A DNA stretch of 64,000 bases from an uncultured Alphaproteobacteria bacterium (GTDB lineage Bacteria; Pseudomonadota; Alphaproteobacteria; Rhizobiales; Xanthobacteraceae). How positions within the stretch are numbered: position 1 is the first letter of the stretch; the number at the start of each line of letters is the position of its first letter. The notes under the pieces are model-generated. The model did not search any database, was not told where the DNA came from, and saw nothing but the letters and a program-made list of their open reading frames with translations. The position numbers were made by a program, and so were the translations under genes. Shown here piece by piece: positions 46,875 to 56,011 of the stretch. The stretch lies in assembly GCA_963831515.1 (NCBI GenBank), contig CAWHQL010000001.1:78555-142554 (forward strand). Direction: 5' to 3'.

Positions 46875-47626
46875 CGCCCCAGATACACTTCAACGACGCG
46901 GTCGTCAGTCGACACCTGATCGATGGTGCCTTCCGCCAGTACCGAACCTTCGTGCAGGCAGGTGACCTTGACGCCAAGCTCGCGGACAAACGCCATGTCG
47001 TGCTCGACAACGATGACAGTTTTGTCGCGGTTGATCTCTTTGAGAAGCTCGGCGGTCTGCAAGGTTTCGGCATCGGTCATGCCGGCGACAGGCTCGTCGA
47101 CGAGGAGGAGCTGCGGCTCCTGGGCCAGCAGCATGCCGATTTCCAGCCACTGCTTCTGGCCATGCGACAGGCTTCCGGCCACGCGTGATCGCAAGTTCTT
47201 GAGCCTGATCGTGTCGAGGATGTCGTTGATCCGACCCTGCTGCGCGGAACTGTTCTCCCACATCAGCGTGGCCCGTACGCCCCGGTCATCCTTGAGAGCT
47301 AACATCAAATTGTTCTCAACCGAATGCATGTCAAAGACCGTCGGCTTCTGAAATTTGCGGCCGATGCCAAGCTCGGCGATCTCGGTTTCATCGAGTTTGG
47401 AAAGATCGTATCGGCCTTGCGCGAAGTAGACATCGCCGGCGTCCGGCCTGGTCTTGCCGGTGACGACATCCATCATCGTGGTTTTGCCGGCGCCGTTCGG
47501 CCCGATGATCGCGCGCATTTCCCGCGGCTCGATAATGAATGACAGTTCGTTGAGCGCCTTGAAGCCGTCGAACGACACCGTGATGCCGTCGAGATAGAGC
47601 AGGGCGGAGGTCGTTTTCGGTTCCAT
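46871..47626 (-). CDS. urtD: urea ABC transporter ATP-binding protein UrtD
   Basis: GPNGAGKTT, LSHGQKQWLEIGMLL, LLVDEPVAGM. Confidence 0.9.
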   Translation of the reverse strand: MEPKTTSALLYLDGITVSFDGFKALNELSFIIEPREMRAIIGPNGAGKTTMMDVVTGKTRPDAGDVYFAQGRYDLSKLDETEIAELGIGRKFQKPTVFDMHSVENNLMLALKDDRGVRATLMWENSSAQQGRINDILDTIRLKNLRSRVAGSLSHGQKQWLEIGMLLAQEPQLLLVDEPVAGMTDAETLQTAELLKEINRDKTVIVVEHDMAFVRELGVKVTCLHEGSVLAEGTIDQVSTDDRVVEVYLGR

Positions 47627-47630
47627 AAAA

Positions 47631-48776
47631 TTATTCCGCTGCGCTTGGCGCCGACTCCGGCACCGCCGCGATTGTTTTCTCGACGCGCCGCTCGCGCCAA
47701 TGCTGGAGAGTGCCGATGATCCCGCGCGGCAACAGAAGCGTTACGGCGATGAAGAGTCCGCCCAGAACAAACAGCCAATAAGGCGCGAGCAAGCCTGTGG
47801 TGAAGAATGTTTTCGCGTAATTGACGACAAAGGCGCCAAGCACTGCACCGGTGAGAGTGCCGCGGCCACCAACGGCAACCCAGATCACCGCTTCGATCGA
47901 GTTTCCTGGCGCGAATTCGCTGGGATTGATGATGCCGACCTGCGGTACGTAAAGAGCTCCGGCAACGCCGGCCATGCAGGCGGACAGCGTGAACACGAAC
48001 AACTTGTAGGCTTCGACCCGATAACCGAGAAACCGCACGCGCGTTTCTGCATCGCGGATCGCCACAAGCACCTTGCCGAATTTTGACGTGACGACGGCGC
48101 GGCAGATCAGGAAGCACAACCCCAGTGCAATGCATGAAATCACCAGCAAACCGTTGCGCGTGCCTTCGGCCTGTACGTTGAAGCCGAGAATGTCCTTGAA
48201 GTCGGTGAGGCCGTTATTGCCGCCGAAGCCGAAATTGTTTCGGAAGAAGCCGAGCATCAACGCATAGGTCAGCGCCTGCGTGATGATCGACAGGTAGACG
48301 CCGGTGACACGGCTTCTGAAGGCGAACCAGCCGAACACAAACGCCAGCAGGCCCGGCACCAGAAAGATCATCAGCGCCGCGTAAGCGAAGTGATTGAATC
48401 CGTACCAGTAGAACGGCAATTCCTGCCAATTCAGGAAGACCATGAAGTCGGGCAGGATCGGATTGGCGTAGACGCCGCGCGTGCCGATCTGCCGCATGAG
48501 ATACATGCCCATCGCGTAACCGCCGAGCGCGAAGAAGGCGCCATGGCCGAGCGACAGGATGCCGGCGTAGCCCCAGATGAGATCGATCGAGAGCGCCAGC
48601 ATCGCGTAGCAGATGTACTTTCCGAACAGGGCTACGAGATAGGTCGAGACATGGAACGGCGAGCCTGCCGGCAGCAGCAAGTTCAGAATTGGGATTGCGA
48701 TCGCAAAAGCGCCAAGGAGAACAAGAAACACCGTCGCCGATCTATCGAGCAGGCGAGTGAGCGGGAAGGGGCCCAT
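47631..48776 (-). CDS. urtC: urea ABC transporter permease UrtC
   Basis: 381-aa LivM-like permease. Its start abuts the urtB stop. Confidence 0.9.
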   Translation of the reverse strand: MGPFPLTRLLDRSATVFLVLLGAFAIAIPILNLLLPAGSPFHVSTYLVALFGKYICYAMLALSIDLIWGYAGILSLGHGAFFALGGYAMGMYLMRQIGTRGVYANPILPDFMVFLNWQELPFYWYGFNHFAYAALMIFLVPGLLAFVFGWFAFRSRVTGVYLSIITQALTYALMLGFFRNNFGFGGNNGLTDFKDILGFNVQAEGTRNGLLVISCIALGLCFLICRAVVTSKFGKVLVAIRDAETRVRFLGYRVEAYKLFVFTLSACMAGVAGALYVPQVGIINPSEFAPGNSIEAVIWVAVGGRGTLTGAVLGAFVVNYAKTFFTTGLLAPYWLFVLGGLFIAVTLLLPRGIIGTLQHWRERRVEKTIAAVPESAPSAAE

Positions 48777-50387
48777 CTAGGCTTCCACGGCCCGGCCCTT
48801 GAGCGCGAACATGCCCCGCGGACGCTTCTGGATGAAAAGAATGATCAGGACGAGAATGGCGATCTTGCCGAGCACCGCGCCTGCATATGGCTCGAGGAAC
48901 TTGTTGGCGATGCCAAGCGTGAATGCGCCGACGAGCGTGCCCCACAGATTGCCCACGCCGCCGAAGACCACCACCATGAACGAGTCGATGATGTAGCCTT
49001 GGCCCAGGTTGGGTGAGACGTTGTCAATCTGTGACAACGCTACGCCCGCGATTCCTGCAATCCCCGAGCCGAGACCGAAGGTCAATGCATCGATCCGCGC
49101 AGTGCGGATGCCCATCGCCGCCGCCATCGCGCGGTTCTGTGTGACTGCTCGCATCTCCAGCCCGAGCCGCGTCAGGCGCAGCATGCCGAGCAGAGCCACG
49201 AACACAGCAAGCGTGAAGCAGACTATCCAGAGCCGGTTATAGGTGATCGTGATGCCGCCGATGTCGAAGGCACCGCTCATCCAGGAAGGATTGCCGACTT
49301 CCTTGTTAGTCGGTCCGAAAATGGTGCGGACCGCCTGCTGCAGGATCAGCGACAGCCCCCAGGTTGCGAGCAAAGTTTCGAGCGGACGTCCGTAGAGAAA
49401 GCGAATGATACTGCGTTCGACAGCGATCCCCACCGCGCCCGCCACAACGAAGGCGAGCGGCACGGCAATAACGAGGGAGTAATCGAACAGCGCCGGATTG
49501 TAGTTGCGAATAAGCTCCTGCACGACAAACGTAGTGTAGGCACCGAGCATCACCATTTCGCCGTGCGCCATGTTGATGATGCCCATCACGCCGAAGGTGA
49601 TGGCAAGGCCGATTGCGGCCAACAGCAATACTGATCCAAGCGAAAGGCCGTACCAGGCGTTCTGCAGCGCGTTCCAAAGCACGAGATTGTTCTGGATTTT
49701 CGCGCGGGCGGATGTCGCCGCCTGCTTCACGGCTGGCGGCAGATCGGAAGGCAACCCTTCGATGAGACCGAGCGCGTCCTGGTCGCCGCGGTCGCGGATT
49801 ACGGCGATCGCGGAAATCTTGTCTTCTGCGCTGGAGTTTGCGGAGATGAGTATGATTGCGGCGCGCGCTTCGGTGAGCGCCTTTTTCACGCGCGGGTCAG
49901 TTTCTTTTTCGAGCGCCTTGTCGATGTTAGCCAACGCACTGGCGTCTCGCGATTTGAAAACGGCTTGCGCGGCGTCGAGGCGCCGGCTCGGTTCCTTCGC
50001 CAGCAACGTCAGTGAACCGAGCGCGGCATCGATCAAGCCGCGCACGCGGTTGTTCAGCCGAACGCTGTCGATGTCCGAAGGTGGCGTTGTAACCGCTTCG
50101 CCTGTGGCGGCGTCGATCAGCTTGTCGGACTGATCCTTGATGAAAACTTTTTTAGCTTCTGCCGAGTAGAGCAGACGCTGATCCTTGAGCGCTTCCAGCA
50201 ACGGGCCAGTGCGGGAGTCACCGGCCGAGACGAGCGCGTCGATTGCGTCGGCAGTGTCGGCGAATGAATCCGTCGTGAAGCCTGCGAGCGCGTCTTCGTA
50301 GGCCCCCGCATGCGCCGCGCTCGCCGCGGCGAACAGAAGCCCGACGGCAAATACGAGCGCCACGATGCGTTCGTGGAAGCGATGCAT
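48777..50387 (-). CDS. urtB: urea ABC transporter permease UrtB (with long periplasmic N-terminal extension)
   Basis: ATG at 50387 (MHRFHERIVALVFAVGLLFAAASAAHA). About 250 aa of extension, then a LivH-like permease core. Confidence 0.85.
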   Translation of the reverse strand: MHRFHERIVALVFAVGLLFAAASAAHAGAYEDALAGFTTDSFADTADAIDALVSAGDSRTGPLLEALKDQRLLYSAEAKKVFIKDQSDKLIDAATGEAVTTPPSDIDSVRLNNRVRGLIDAALGSLTLLAKEPSRRLDAAQAVFKSRDASALANIDKALEKETDPRVKKALTEARAAIILISANSSAEDKISAIAVIRDRGDQDALGLIEGLPSDLPPAVKQAATSARAKIQNNLVLWNALQNAWYGLSLGSVLLLAAIGLAITFGVMGIINMAHGEMVMLGAYTTFVVQELIRNYNPALFDYSLVIAVPLAFVVAGAVGIAVERSIIRFLYGRPLETLLATWGLSLILQQAVRTIFGPTNKEVGNPSWMSGAFDIGGITITYNRLWIVCFTLAVFVALLGMLRLTRLGLEMRAVTQNRAMAAAMGIRTARIDALTFGLGSGIAGIAGVALSQIDNVSPNLGQGYIIDSFMVVVFGGVGNLWGTLVGAFTLGIANKFLEPYAGAVLGKIAILVLIILFIQKRPRGMFALKGRAVEA

Positions 50388-50463
50388 GTCATTCCGCCCC
50401 GGCAGCACGTCAAGGAAGGAGACGGCGGGGTGATCCGCCGTCCCCGGTTTCGTCAAACGCAGC

Positions 50464-51787
50464 TCACGACGGGTTGCTGCCGCACTTCTTGGAGACCTTG
50501 TTGTAGTTGCCGCATTTCAGGGTCACCCAATCAGCTTCCAGATCCTTCGAGCCGGGCAGGAAGTCGGACCACGCATCGCCTGGCACAAGCCCCTTGGTCT
50601 TCCATACGACGTCAAACTGGCCGTCGCCGCGGATTTCACCGATGAACACTGGCTTGGTGATGTGATGGTTCGCCAGCATCTTGGACGTGCCGCCGGTGAG
50701 ATTTGTCGCCTCGATGCCGGGCAGTGCGTCGATCACCTTGTCCGCATCGGTCGACTTCACCTTTTCAACGGCCTTCACCCACATGTTGAAGCCGATCACG
50801 TGCGCCTCCATCGGGTCATTGGTGACGCGCTTCGGATTTTTGGTGTAGGCCTGCCACTTCTTGATGAACTCGGCGTTGGACGGATTCTTGATCGAACTCG
50901 AAGTAATTCCAGGCCGCGAGGTGTCCGACCAATGGCTTTGTGTCGAGGCCCGCGAGCTCTTCCTCGCCGACTGAGAACGCGACGACTGGAATGTCGGTCG
51001 CCTTGACGCCCTGGTTGCCGAGCTCCTTGTAGAAGGGAACGTTTGCGTCACCGTTGATCGTCGACACGACCGCCGTTTTCTTGCCGGTCGATCCGAATTT
51101 CTTGATGTCGGCGACAATGGTCTGCCAGTCGGAGTGACCGAACGGCGTGTAGTTGATCAGGATGTCTTCGTCCTTGACGCCTTTCGCTTTCAGATAGGCC
51201 TCGAGGATCTTGTTGGTGGTGCGCGGATAGACGTAGTCGGTACCGGCCAGCACCCATCGCTTCACCGATCCGCCGTCCTTGCTCATGAGATAGTCGACTG
51301 CGGGGATGGCCTGCTGGTTCGGCGCAGCGCCGGTATAGAAGACGTTTCGCTCCAACTCTTCACCCTCGTACTGGACGGGATAGAAAAGAATTGAGTCGAG
51401 TTCCTTGAACACCGGCAGGACGGACTTCCGCGAGACCGAGGTCCAGCATCCGAACACGACCGAGACTTTGTTTTTCGAGATCAGTTCGCGCGCTTTCTCG
51501 GCGAACAGCGGCCAGTTCGAAGCCGGGTCGACGACAACAGCTTCCAGCTTTTTGCCGAGCAAGCCGCCTTTCTTGTTCTGTTCGTCGATGAGGAACAGCA
51601 TCGTATCTTTCAGCGTCGTTTCGCTGATGGCCATCGTTCCCGACAACGAGTGAAGAATGCCGATCTTGATCGTATCTTCAGCGGCTGCGGGGTAGGTGGC
51701 AGCGAAACCAAATGCCAGGCCCGCCGCGGCTGAAAGCCAGCGTTGGGCATGCGGTTGCGCAAAAACCGCCCTGTTCATGTTGAGCAT
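50464..51787 (-). pseudogene. urtA: urea ABC transporter substrate-binding protein UrtA, interrupted by a +1 nt frameshift near 50895
   Basis: The N-terminal part is track ORF 50816..52108, starting at the ATG at 51787 after AGGGGA. It reads MLNMNRAVF...AAEDTIKIGILHSLSGTMAISE...GHLAAWNYFEF. The C-terminal part is track ORF 50464..51117 (SIKNPSNAEFIKKWQAYTKNPKRVTNDPMEAH...). The span is 1324 nt, which is 441 codons plus 1 nt. Deleting one T in gagTTcgatc restores WNYFESIKNP. Confidence 0.8.
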
Positions 51788-51850
51788 CGTTTTTTCCCCT
51801 GGTTGACGTCCGCAAAATCGGGCCCGGACCCGTTTCGCAAGGCTCAAGTC

Positions 51851-51866
51851 GCAAGGTGCGTGCCAA
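51851..51866 (-). promoter_or_regulatory. sigma-54 (RpoN) -24/-12 promoter upstream of urtA
   Basis: The minus strand reads tTGGCACgcaccTTGCg, an exact TGGCAC-N5-TTGC with GG-N10-GC spacing. The -12 element lies about 64 nt upstream of the urtA ATG. Confidence 0.65.
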
Positions 51867-52140
51867 ACAGGGGCCGGCGTAATCCGTTGATCCGGCATCG
51901 CCGCCCGGGTTGATCTGCGTCTGAAGCAGGGAAAATCGAGCGCCATGTCGTCCGCTGCATATTTATTGGGCGGTGGCGCGTTCAGACTTTGGGCACGTTG
52001 CCTCTTCCGTGCCCCGGAGGCTCGCGGAGCGGGCCGCGGCCAGGGCCATCGAAACCTGTTGAGGGGGCATATAATTCTCGTTGCATCGCAAAATAAGAAA
52101 TGCTGCAATGCAAAAGCCGGGAATTCGAAGAGTCCAAGCT

Positions 52141-52314
52141 ATGGCTTCTGTGAAGTTCTTGCGACGACAGGCCGAAAAGTGCGCGGAGTTGGCGAAGCGT
52201 ACGCACGACGAGGACAGCCGGCAGAGGTGCGAACAGTTGCAGCGCACCTATACCCATCTTGCCGAAGTGGAAGAGGGGCAAGCCGCCGGTCCCGAGCGTA
52301 GACCTGCCGCCTGA
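52141..52314 (+). CDS. small helical hypothetical protein (57 aa)
   Basis: MASVKFLRRQAEKCAELAKRTHDEDSRQRCEQLQRTYTHLAEVEEG.... Followed by a perfect 9-bp hairpin GTTCGCGTC ttaac GACGCGAAC at 52342-52364. Confidence 0.4.
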   Translation: MASVKFLRRQAEKCAELAKRTHDEDSRQRCEQLQRTYTHLAEVEEGQAAGPERRPAA

Positions 52315-52430
52315 TTGCGCGCGCGATGAACGCCACTGCGCGTTCGCGTCTTAACGACGCGAACCGGGCCGCCGTTGTCGTGTGCCGGCGATACGCTTAA
52401 AAGGGCGTCGCGCAACGAAAGCTCCGAGCC

Positions 52431-53174
52431 ATGGCCAGGTCGAAGGCAAAACCCGACGCCGACAGAGCGGGGTCGATCTATCGAACGCTCCGCCACGCGA
52501 TCATCGAGCAGGCGCTCGAGCCGGGCGCAAAACTTCCTGAAGACACGATCGGCGAGCGTTTCGGCGCAAGCCGTACGATCGTGCGCAGCGCGTTAGGTCA
52601 GCTTGCCGCCGAAGGACTTGTGGAATTGCGCCGCAATCGAGGAGCGGCGGTGGCGTCGCCGGCATGGGAAGAAGCGCGCGATACTTTTGATGTCCGGCTT
52701 GGGATCGAATGCCTTGTCATGTCGAGGCTCGCCGGACGTCTGACCAAAGAACAGATCAGTACGCTCGAAGCGCATGTGGATCAGGAAGAGCGCGCGAGGG
52801 GCAACAACGAGCCGCTATCGATTCGTCTTGCGACGGAATTCCATATCCTGCTTGCGCAAATGACCGGGAGTCCGGTGTTGACCCGCTATGTCAGCGAACT
52901 GTCGTCGCGCTGCGGGCTCATTCTCGCGCTCTACAGCCGTCCGCATTCATCGGAATGCGCCGTGAATGAACACCGCGCAGTTATTTCCGCTCTGGCAGCA
53001 GGTGATATCGAGCGTGCGTCCGCGGTCATGGAAAAGCATCTCGAGGCCGTTGCCGGGCGTGCGCTGATCGTCGCGCGTCCTGAGAGGAACCGCGACCTCA
53101 AGGATATTCTGACTGCATATACGGACAAGGAAACGAACGGCAGCGCCAACGGCAAAGGGCGCCATCGGCGCTAG
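52431..53174 (+). CDS. GntR-family transcriptional regulator (FadR/FCD subfamily)
   Basis: wHTH region IYRTLRHAIIEQALEPGAKLPEDTIGERFGASRTIVRSALGQLAAEGLV. The C-terminal FCD-like helical domain contains His residues. Confidence 0.85.
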   Translation: MARSKAKPDADRAGSIYRTLRHAIIEQALEPGAKLPEDTIGERFGASRTIVRSALGQLAAEGLVELRRNRGAAVASPAWEEARDTFDVRLGIECLVMSRLAGRLTKEQISTLEAHVDQEERARGNNEPLSIRLATEFHILLAQMTGSPVLTRYVSELSSRCGLILALYSRPHSSECAVNEHRAVISALAAGDIERASAVMEKHLEAVAGRALIVARPERNRDLKDILTAYTDKETNGSANGKGRHRR

Positions 53175-53618
53175 CTAGGCATCGATGCCGTTACGCGTCA
53201 GCAAGCGCTCCGCGCTGTCGTTCCACACATCCATCTGTACGATTTTTCCGCCACGAACGACGAAGCGATCGACATAGCGGTTGCCCTCGAACGGTGTGCC
53301 GTCCGGCCATTCGCCGTACAACGTTCCGATGTTGTAGACGATCGTCTCGTCATGTCCGGGCACCACGTCGGAACGTTCCATGGCCTTCTTGACCCACTTG
53401 TAGCGTTTTGCATTGAACGCTGTGCTTTGGCGCGGATGACTGAATCGCCGGCCTCCGGTGAAAGTGAGTTTGAGCGGTTCGGCAACGTAGCGGGCCGCTG
53501 TTTCAGGATCCGGCACCATCGAAGCCACCAGAAATTTCTCGACGATCGCCGCTGCTTCAGCGGTTTCGTCGGTGGGCATGATCACGGAGGCTTTGAGAGC
53601 GGCTTGCGCGGGTGCCAT
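53175..53618 (-). CDS. SnoaL-like / NTF2-fold protein
   Basis: AAGGAGA RBS before the ATG at 53618. 147 aa with RYVDRFVVRGGKIVQMDVWNDSAE, a typical C-terminal beta-sheet signature. Confidence 0.65.
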   Translation of the reverse strand: MAPAQAALKASVIMPTDETAEAAAIVEKFLVASMVPDPETAARYVAEPLKLTFTGGRRFSHPRQSTAFNAKRYKWVKKAMERSDVVPGHDETIVYNIGTLYGEWPDGTPFEGNRYVDRFVVRGGKIVQMDVWNDSAERLLTRNGIDA

Positions 53619-53714
53619 GGTGAAATCTCCTTGAGAAAAGCTGGCGATGCCGAACGATTCCTCACCAGCCATGCATTTTTCCGGCCAAATCACAGGCACG
53701 GAAGAGAGTGGTTG

Positions 53715-53738
53715 ATTGTATACACTGATGAATACAAT
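53715..53738. promoter_or_regulatory. candidate GntR-type operator in the divergent SnoaL / ABC spacer
   Basis: ATTGTAT acactgatga ATACAAT has 7-bp inverted arms. It contains the perfect 8-bp palindrome TGTATACA (53717-53724), which fits the GT-N-AC core of GntR operators. Confidence 0.4.
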
Positions 53739-53878
53739 ATGCCTAAAGCATTCACACGTTGCCTCTTAAATAGGCGCTGACATCTCCGTAACGCCGATTT
53801 TCTTGGTGTTTTGGGGCTGTCTCGGTGGCACGCGGTTTGCGAATGAAAAGGCCGGATCACTCTCGAAGAGGTATTGCC

Positions 53879-55063
53879 ATGGCCCTCCAAAACAGCATTT
53901 CGAAGATCACGCGACGCCTCCTTCTGGCGGCGGCCGCAAGCGCGACGCTCGCACTTCCCGCGATGGCTGAAGACACCATCAAGCTTGGCCTTGTCGCGGC
54001 AATGTCAGGCCAGTCAGCCAAGTCGGGAGAGGCAATCGTCCGCGGCCTGTCCGTCGCGGTTGACGAAATCAATGCGAAGGGCGGTGTGCTCGGAAAAAAA
54101 GTCGAGCTTATTGTTCGCGACGACGAAAGCAATCCGGCCAAGGGAGTCGTGGCCGCGCGTGAACTCGTGCAACGCGAGAAAGTCGCCGCGCTCTTCGGCG
54201 GTCTCGATACGCCGGTATCGATGGCGATCGTGCCGTTCGCCAACCAGAACAAGGTTCCCTTCATGGGTGTCTGGGCGGCGGGGACGCCGATTACGCGCAA
54301 CGGCGCGCCGGAGAACTACGTGTTCCGTGTTTCCGCCGTCGATGTGCTCGTCGACAAGGCGCTCGTCGATTACGCCATCAAAAAATACGGCGCGAAGAAG
54401 CCGGGCATGATCCTCATCAACAATCCATGGGGTGAGTCGAACGAGAAAGGACTCAAGGCCGCTTTGGAAGAGAAGGGTATGCCTTCTGCCGGCATCGAGA
54501 AATTCCAGGACGCCGATGTCGACGTAGTGCCGCAGCTCACGCGACTGAAAGAGTCAGGTGCGGATGTTCTGTTCATGGTCGCCAACGTCGCGCCGTCCTC
54601 GCAGGTCGTGAAGTCGCTCGACCGGATGGGTTGGGATGTTCCGATCGTATCGCACTGGGGACCCGCCGGTGGCCGCTTCAGCGAACTTGCCGGACCGAGC
54701 GGTGCCAAGGTGCATTTCATCCAGACCTTCAGCTTCGCCGGCAAGCTTTCGCCGAAAGCCGAAGCCGTTCTGGCCGCGCTGAAAAAGAAATATCCGGAAA
54801 TCAAGTCGCTGGCGGATGTCACGCCGGCTGTCGGGATCGCCAATGCCTATGACGCGATGAACCTGACGGCCCTCGCCATCGCGAAGGCCGGTTCGACCGA
54901 CGGTTCCAAGATCCGCGAGGCGTTCGAGCAGATCGAGTCGTATGACGGCCTGATCAAGAACTACAAAAAGCCATTCTCGCCGACCGAGCACGACGCGCTG
55001 ACCTCGAACGATTACATCTTCACACACTTCAAGGAAGGTCAGATACTTCCCTTGACGAACTGA
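53879..55063 (+). CDS. ABC transporter substrate-binding protein (Leu/Ile/Val-binding, Peripla_BP_6 family)
   Basis: Signal ITRRLLLAAAASATLALPAMA, then EDTIKLGLVAAMSGQSAKSGEAIVRGLSVAVDEINAKGGVLGKKVELIVRDDESNP. Confidence 0.9.
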   Translation: MALQNSISKITRRLLLAAAASATLALPAMAEDTIKLGLVAAMSGQSAKSGEAIVRGLSVAVDEINAKGGVLGKKVELIVRDDESNPAKGVVAARELVQREKVAALFGGLDTPVSMAIVPFANQNKVPFMGVWAAGTPITRNGAPENYVFRVSAVDVLVDKALVDYAIKKYGAKKPGMILINNPWGESNEKGLKAALEEKGMPSAGIEKFQDADVDVVPQLTRLKESGADVLFMVANVAPSSQVVKSLDRMGWDVPIVSHWGPAGGRFSELAGPSGAKVHFIQTFSFAGKLSPKAEAVLAALKKKYPEIKSLADVTPAVGIANAYDAMNLTALAIAKAGSTDGSKIREAFEQIESYDGLIKNYKKPFSPTEHDALTSNDYIFTHFKEGQILPLTN

Positions 55064-55078
55064 ATCGATGACTAAGCG

Positions 55079-55120
55079 CAGCGGGACGCGGGTTCACTCC
55101 CGTGTCCCGCTGTTCGTTTT
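55079..55120 (+). terminator. strong hairpin/attenuator between the binding-protein gene and the permease genes
   Basis: CAGCGGGACGCGGG ttcact CCCGTGTCCCGCTG is a roughly 14-bp stem, followed by ttcgtttt. Confidence 0.6.
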
Positions 55121-55138
55121 CCGGGGGCGTTGGAAATC

Positions 55139-56011
55139 ATGCTGCTGATCTCTGCGATCGTGACAGGCCTTGCCGTCGGCAGCATGTATGGACTGATCGC
55201 GCTCGGGTATCACGTCACTTACGTTGTATCCAACACAGTCAACTTTTCGCAGGGCTCCTCGATGATGCTTGGAGCCGTGCTGGGTTACACCTTCGCAATC
55301 CGGCTTGGTTGGCCGTTGCCGCTTGCTGTCGCCATGGCGCTTCTGCTCTGCGCGCTGTTCGGTCTCGTGGTCGAACGTTTCCTGGTGCGGCCTTTTGCCG
55401 AACGGGGCTCCAATGGATGGCTGATGGCGACGGTCGCGGGCGGCATCGTGCTCGACAACATCGTGCTGTTCACCTTCGGCAAGGAGCCGCGCGCCTTTCC
55501 TTCCATTCTCGCGCAGAAGCCGATTTTGCTTTTTGGCGCCGGCGTGTTTCCGCTGCAGCTCGTCATTCCGCTGGTCGGACTCGGAATCACGCTCGCGTTG
55601 TCCCTTGCATTCCATCATACGAAGCGCGGCAAGGCTCTGCTCGCAGTCGTGCAGAACAAAGATGCCGCGCGCCTGATGGGCATCAACGTGCGGGTCGCAA
55701 TCGCGTTGTCGTTTGCACTCTCGACGGCGCTTGCGGGTCTCGCGGGTCTTCTGATCGCGCCGCTGTTCAGCATTCACTCTGATATGGGCACGCTGTTCGG
55801 CATCAAAGCCTTCGCTGTCGCAATTCTTGGCGGCATTACATCCGCGTCAGGCGTCATGCTGGCCGGATTCCTTTACGGACTGATCGAAGCGCTCGTCACT
55901 GCTTTCGCCGGCTCAACCTACACGCAGATCGTCGCCTTCACCGTCGTGATTGCCGCACTTGCCGTGATGCCGAACGGTCTGCTCGGCCGTGCGGCGACGA
56001 AGAAGGTGTAA
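55139..56011 (+). CDS. branched-chain amino acid-type ABC permease (LivH-like)
   Basis: About 290 aa, multi-TM, with the NFSQGSSMMLGA motif. Its stop overlaps the next start (TAATG). Confidence 0.9.
   Translation: MLLISAIVTGLAVGSMYGLIALGYHVTYVVSNTVNFSQGSSMMLGAVLGYTFAIRLGWPLPLAVAMALLLCALFGLVVERFLVRPFAERGSNGWLMATVAGGIVLDNIVLFTFGKEPRAFPSILAQKPILLFGAGVFPLQLVIPLVGLGITLALSLAFHHTKRGKALLAVVQNKDAARLMGINVRVAIALSFALSTALAGLAGLLIAPLFSIHSDMGTLFGIKAFAVAILGGITSASGVMLAGFLYGLIEALVTAFAGSTYTQIVAFTVVIAALAVMPNGLLGRAATKKV

Noticed and set aside
51788-52108. Upstream 107-codon extension of the urtA ORF in the track.
   Set aside because: The extension would run through the sigma-54 promoter and is not protein-like. 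ATG at 51787 has an AGGGGA RBS and starts a signal peptide.
51991-52115. Possible NtrC enhancer: GGGCACG-N10-CGTGCCC, and the TGCA-rich tract ttgcatcgcaaaataagaaatgctgcaatgcaa.
   Set aside because: Neither fits the TGCACC-N5-GGTGCA type consensus in spacing. I cannot support a call without footprinting or comparative data, so they are mentioned only as candidates under the promoter finding.
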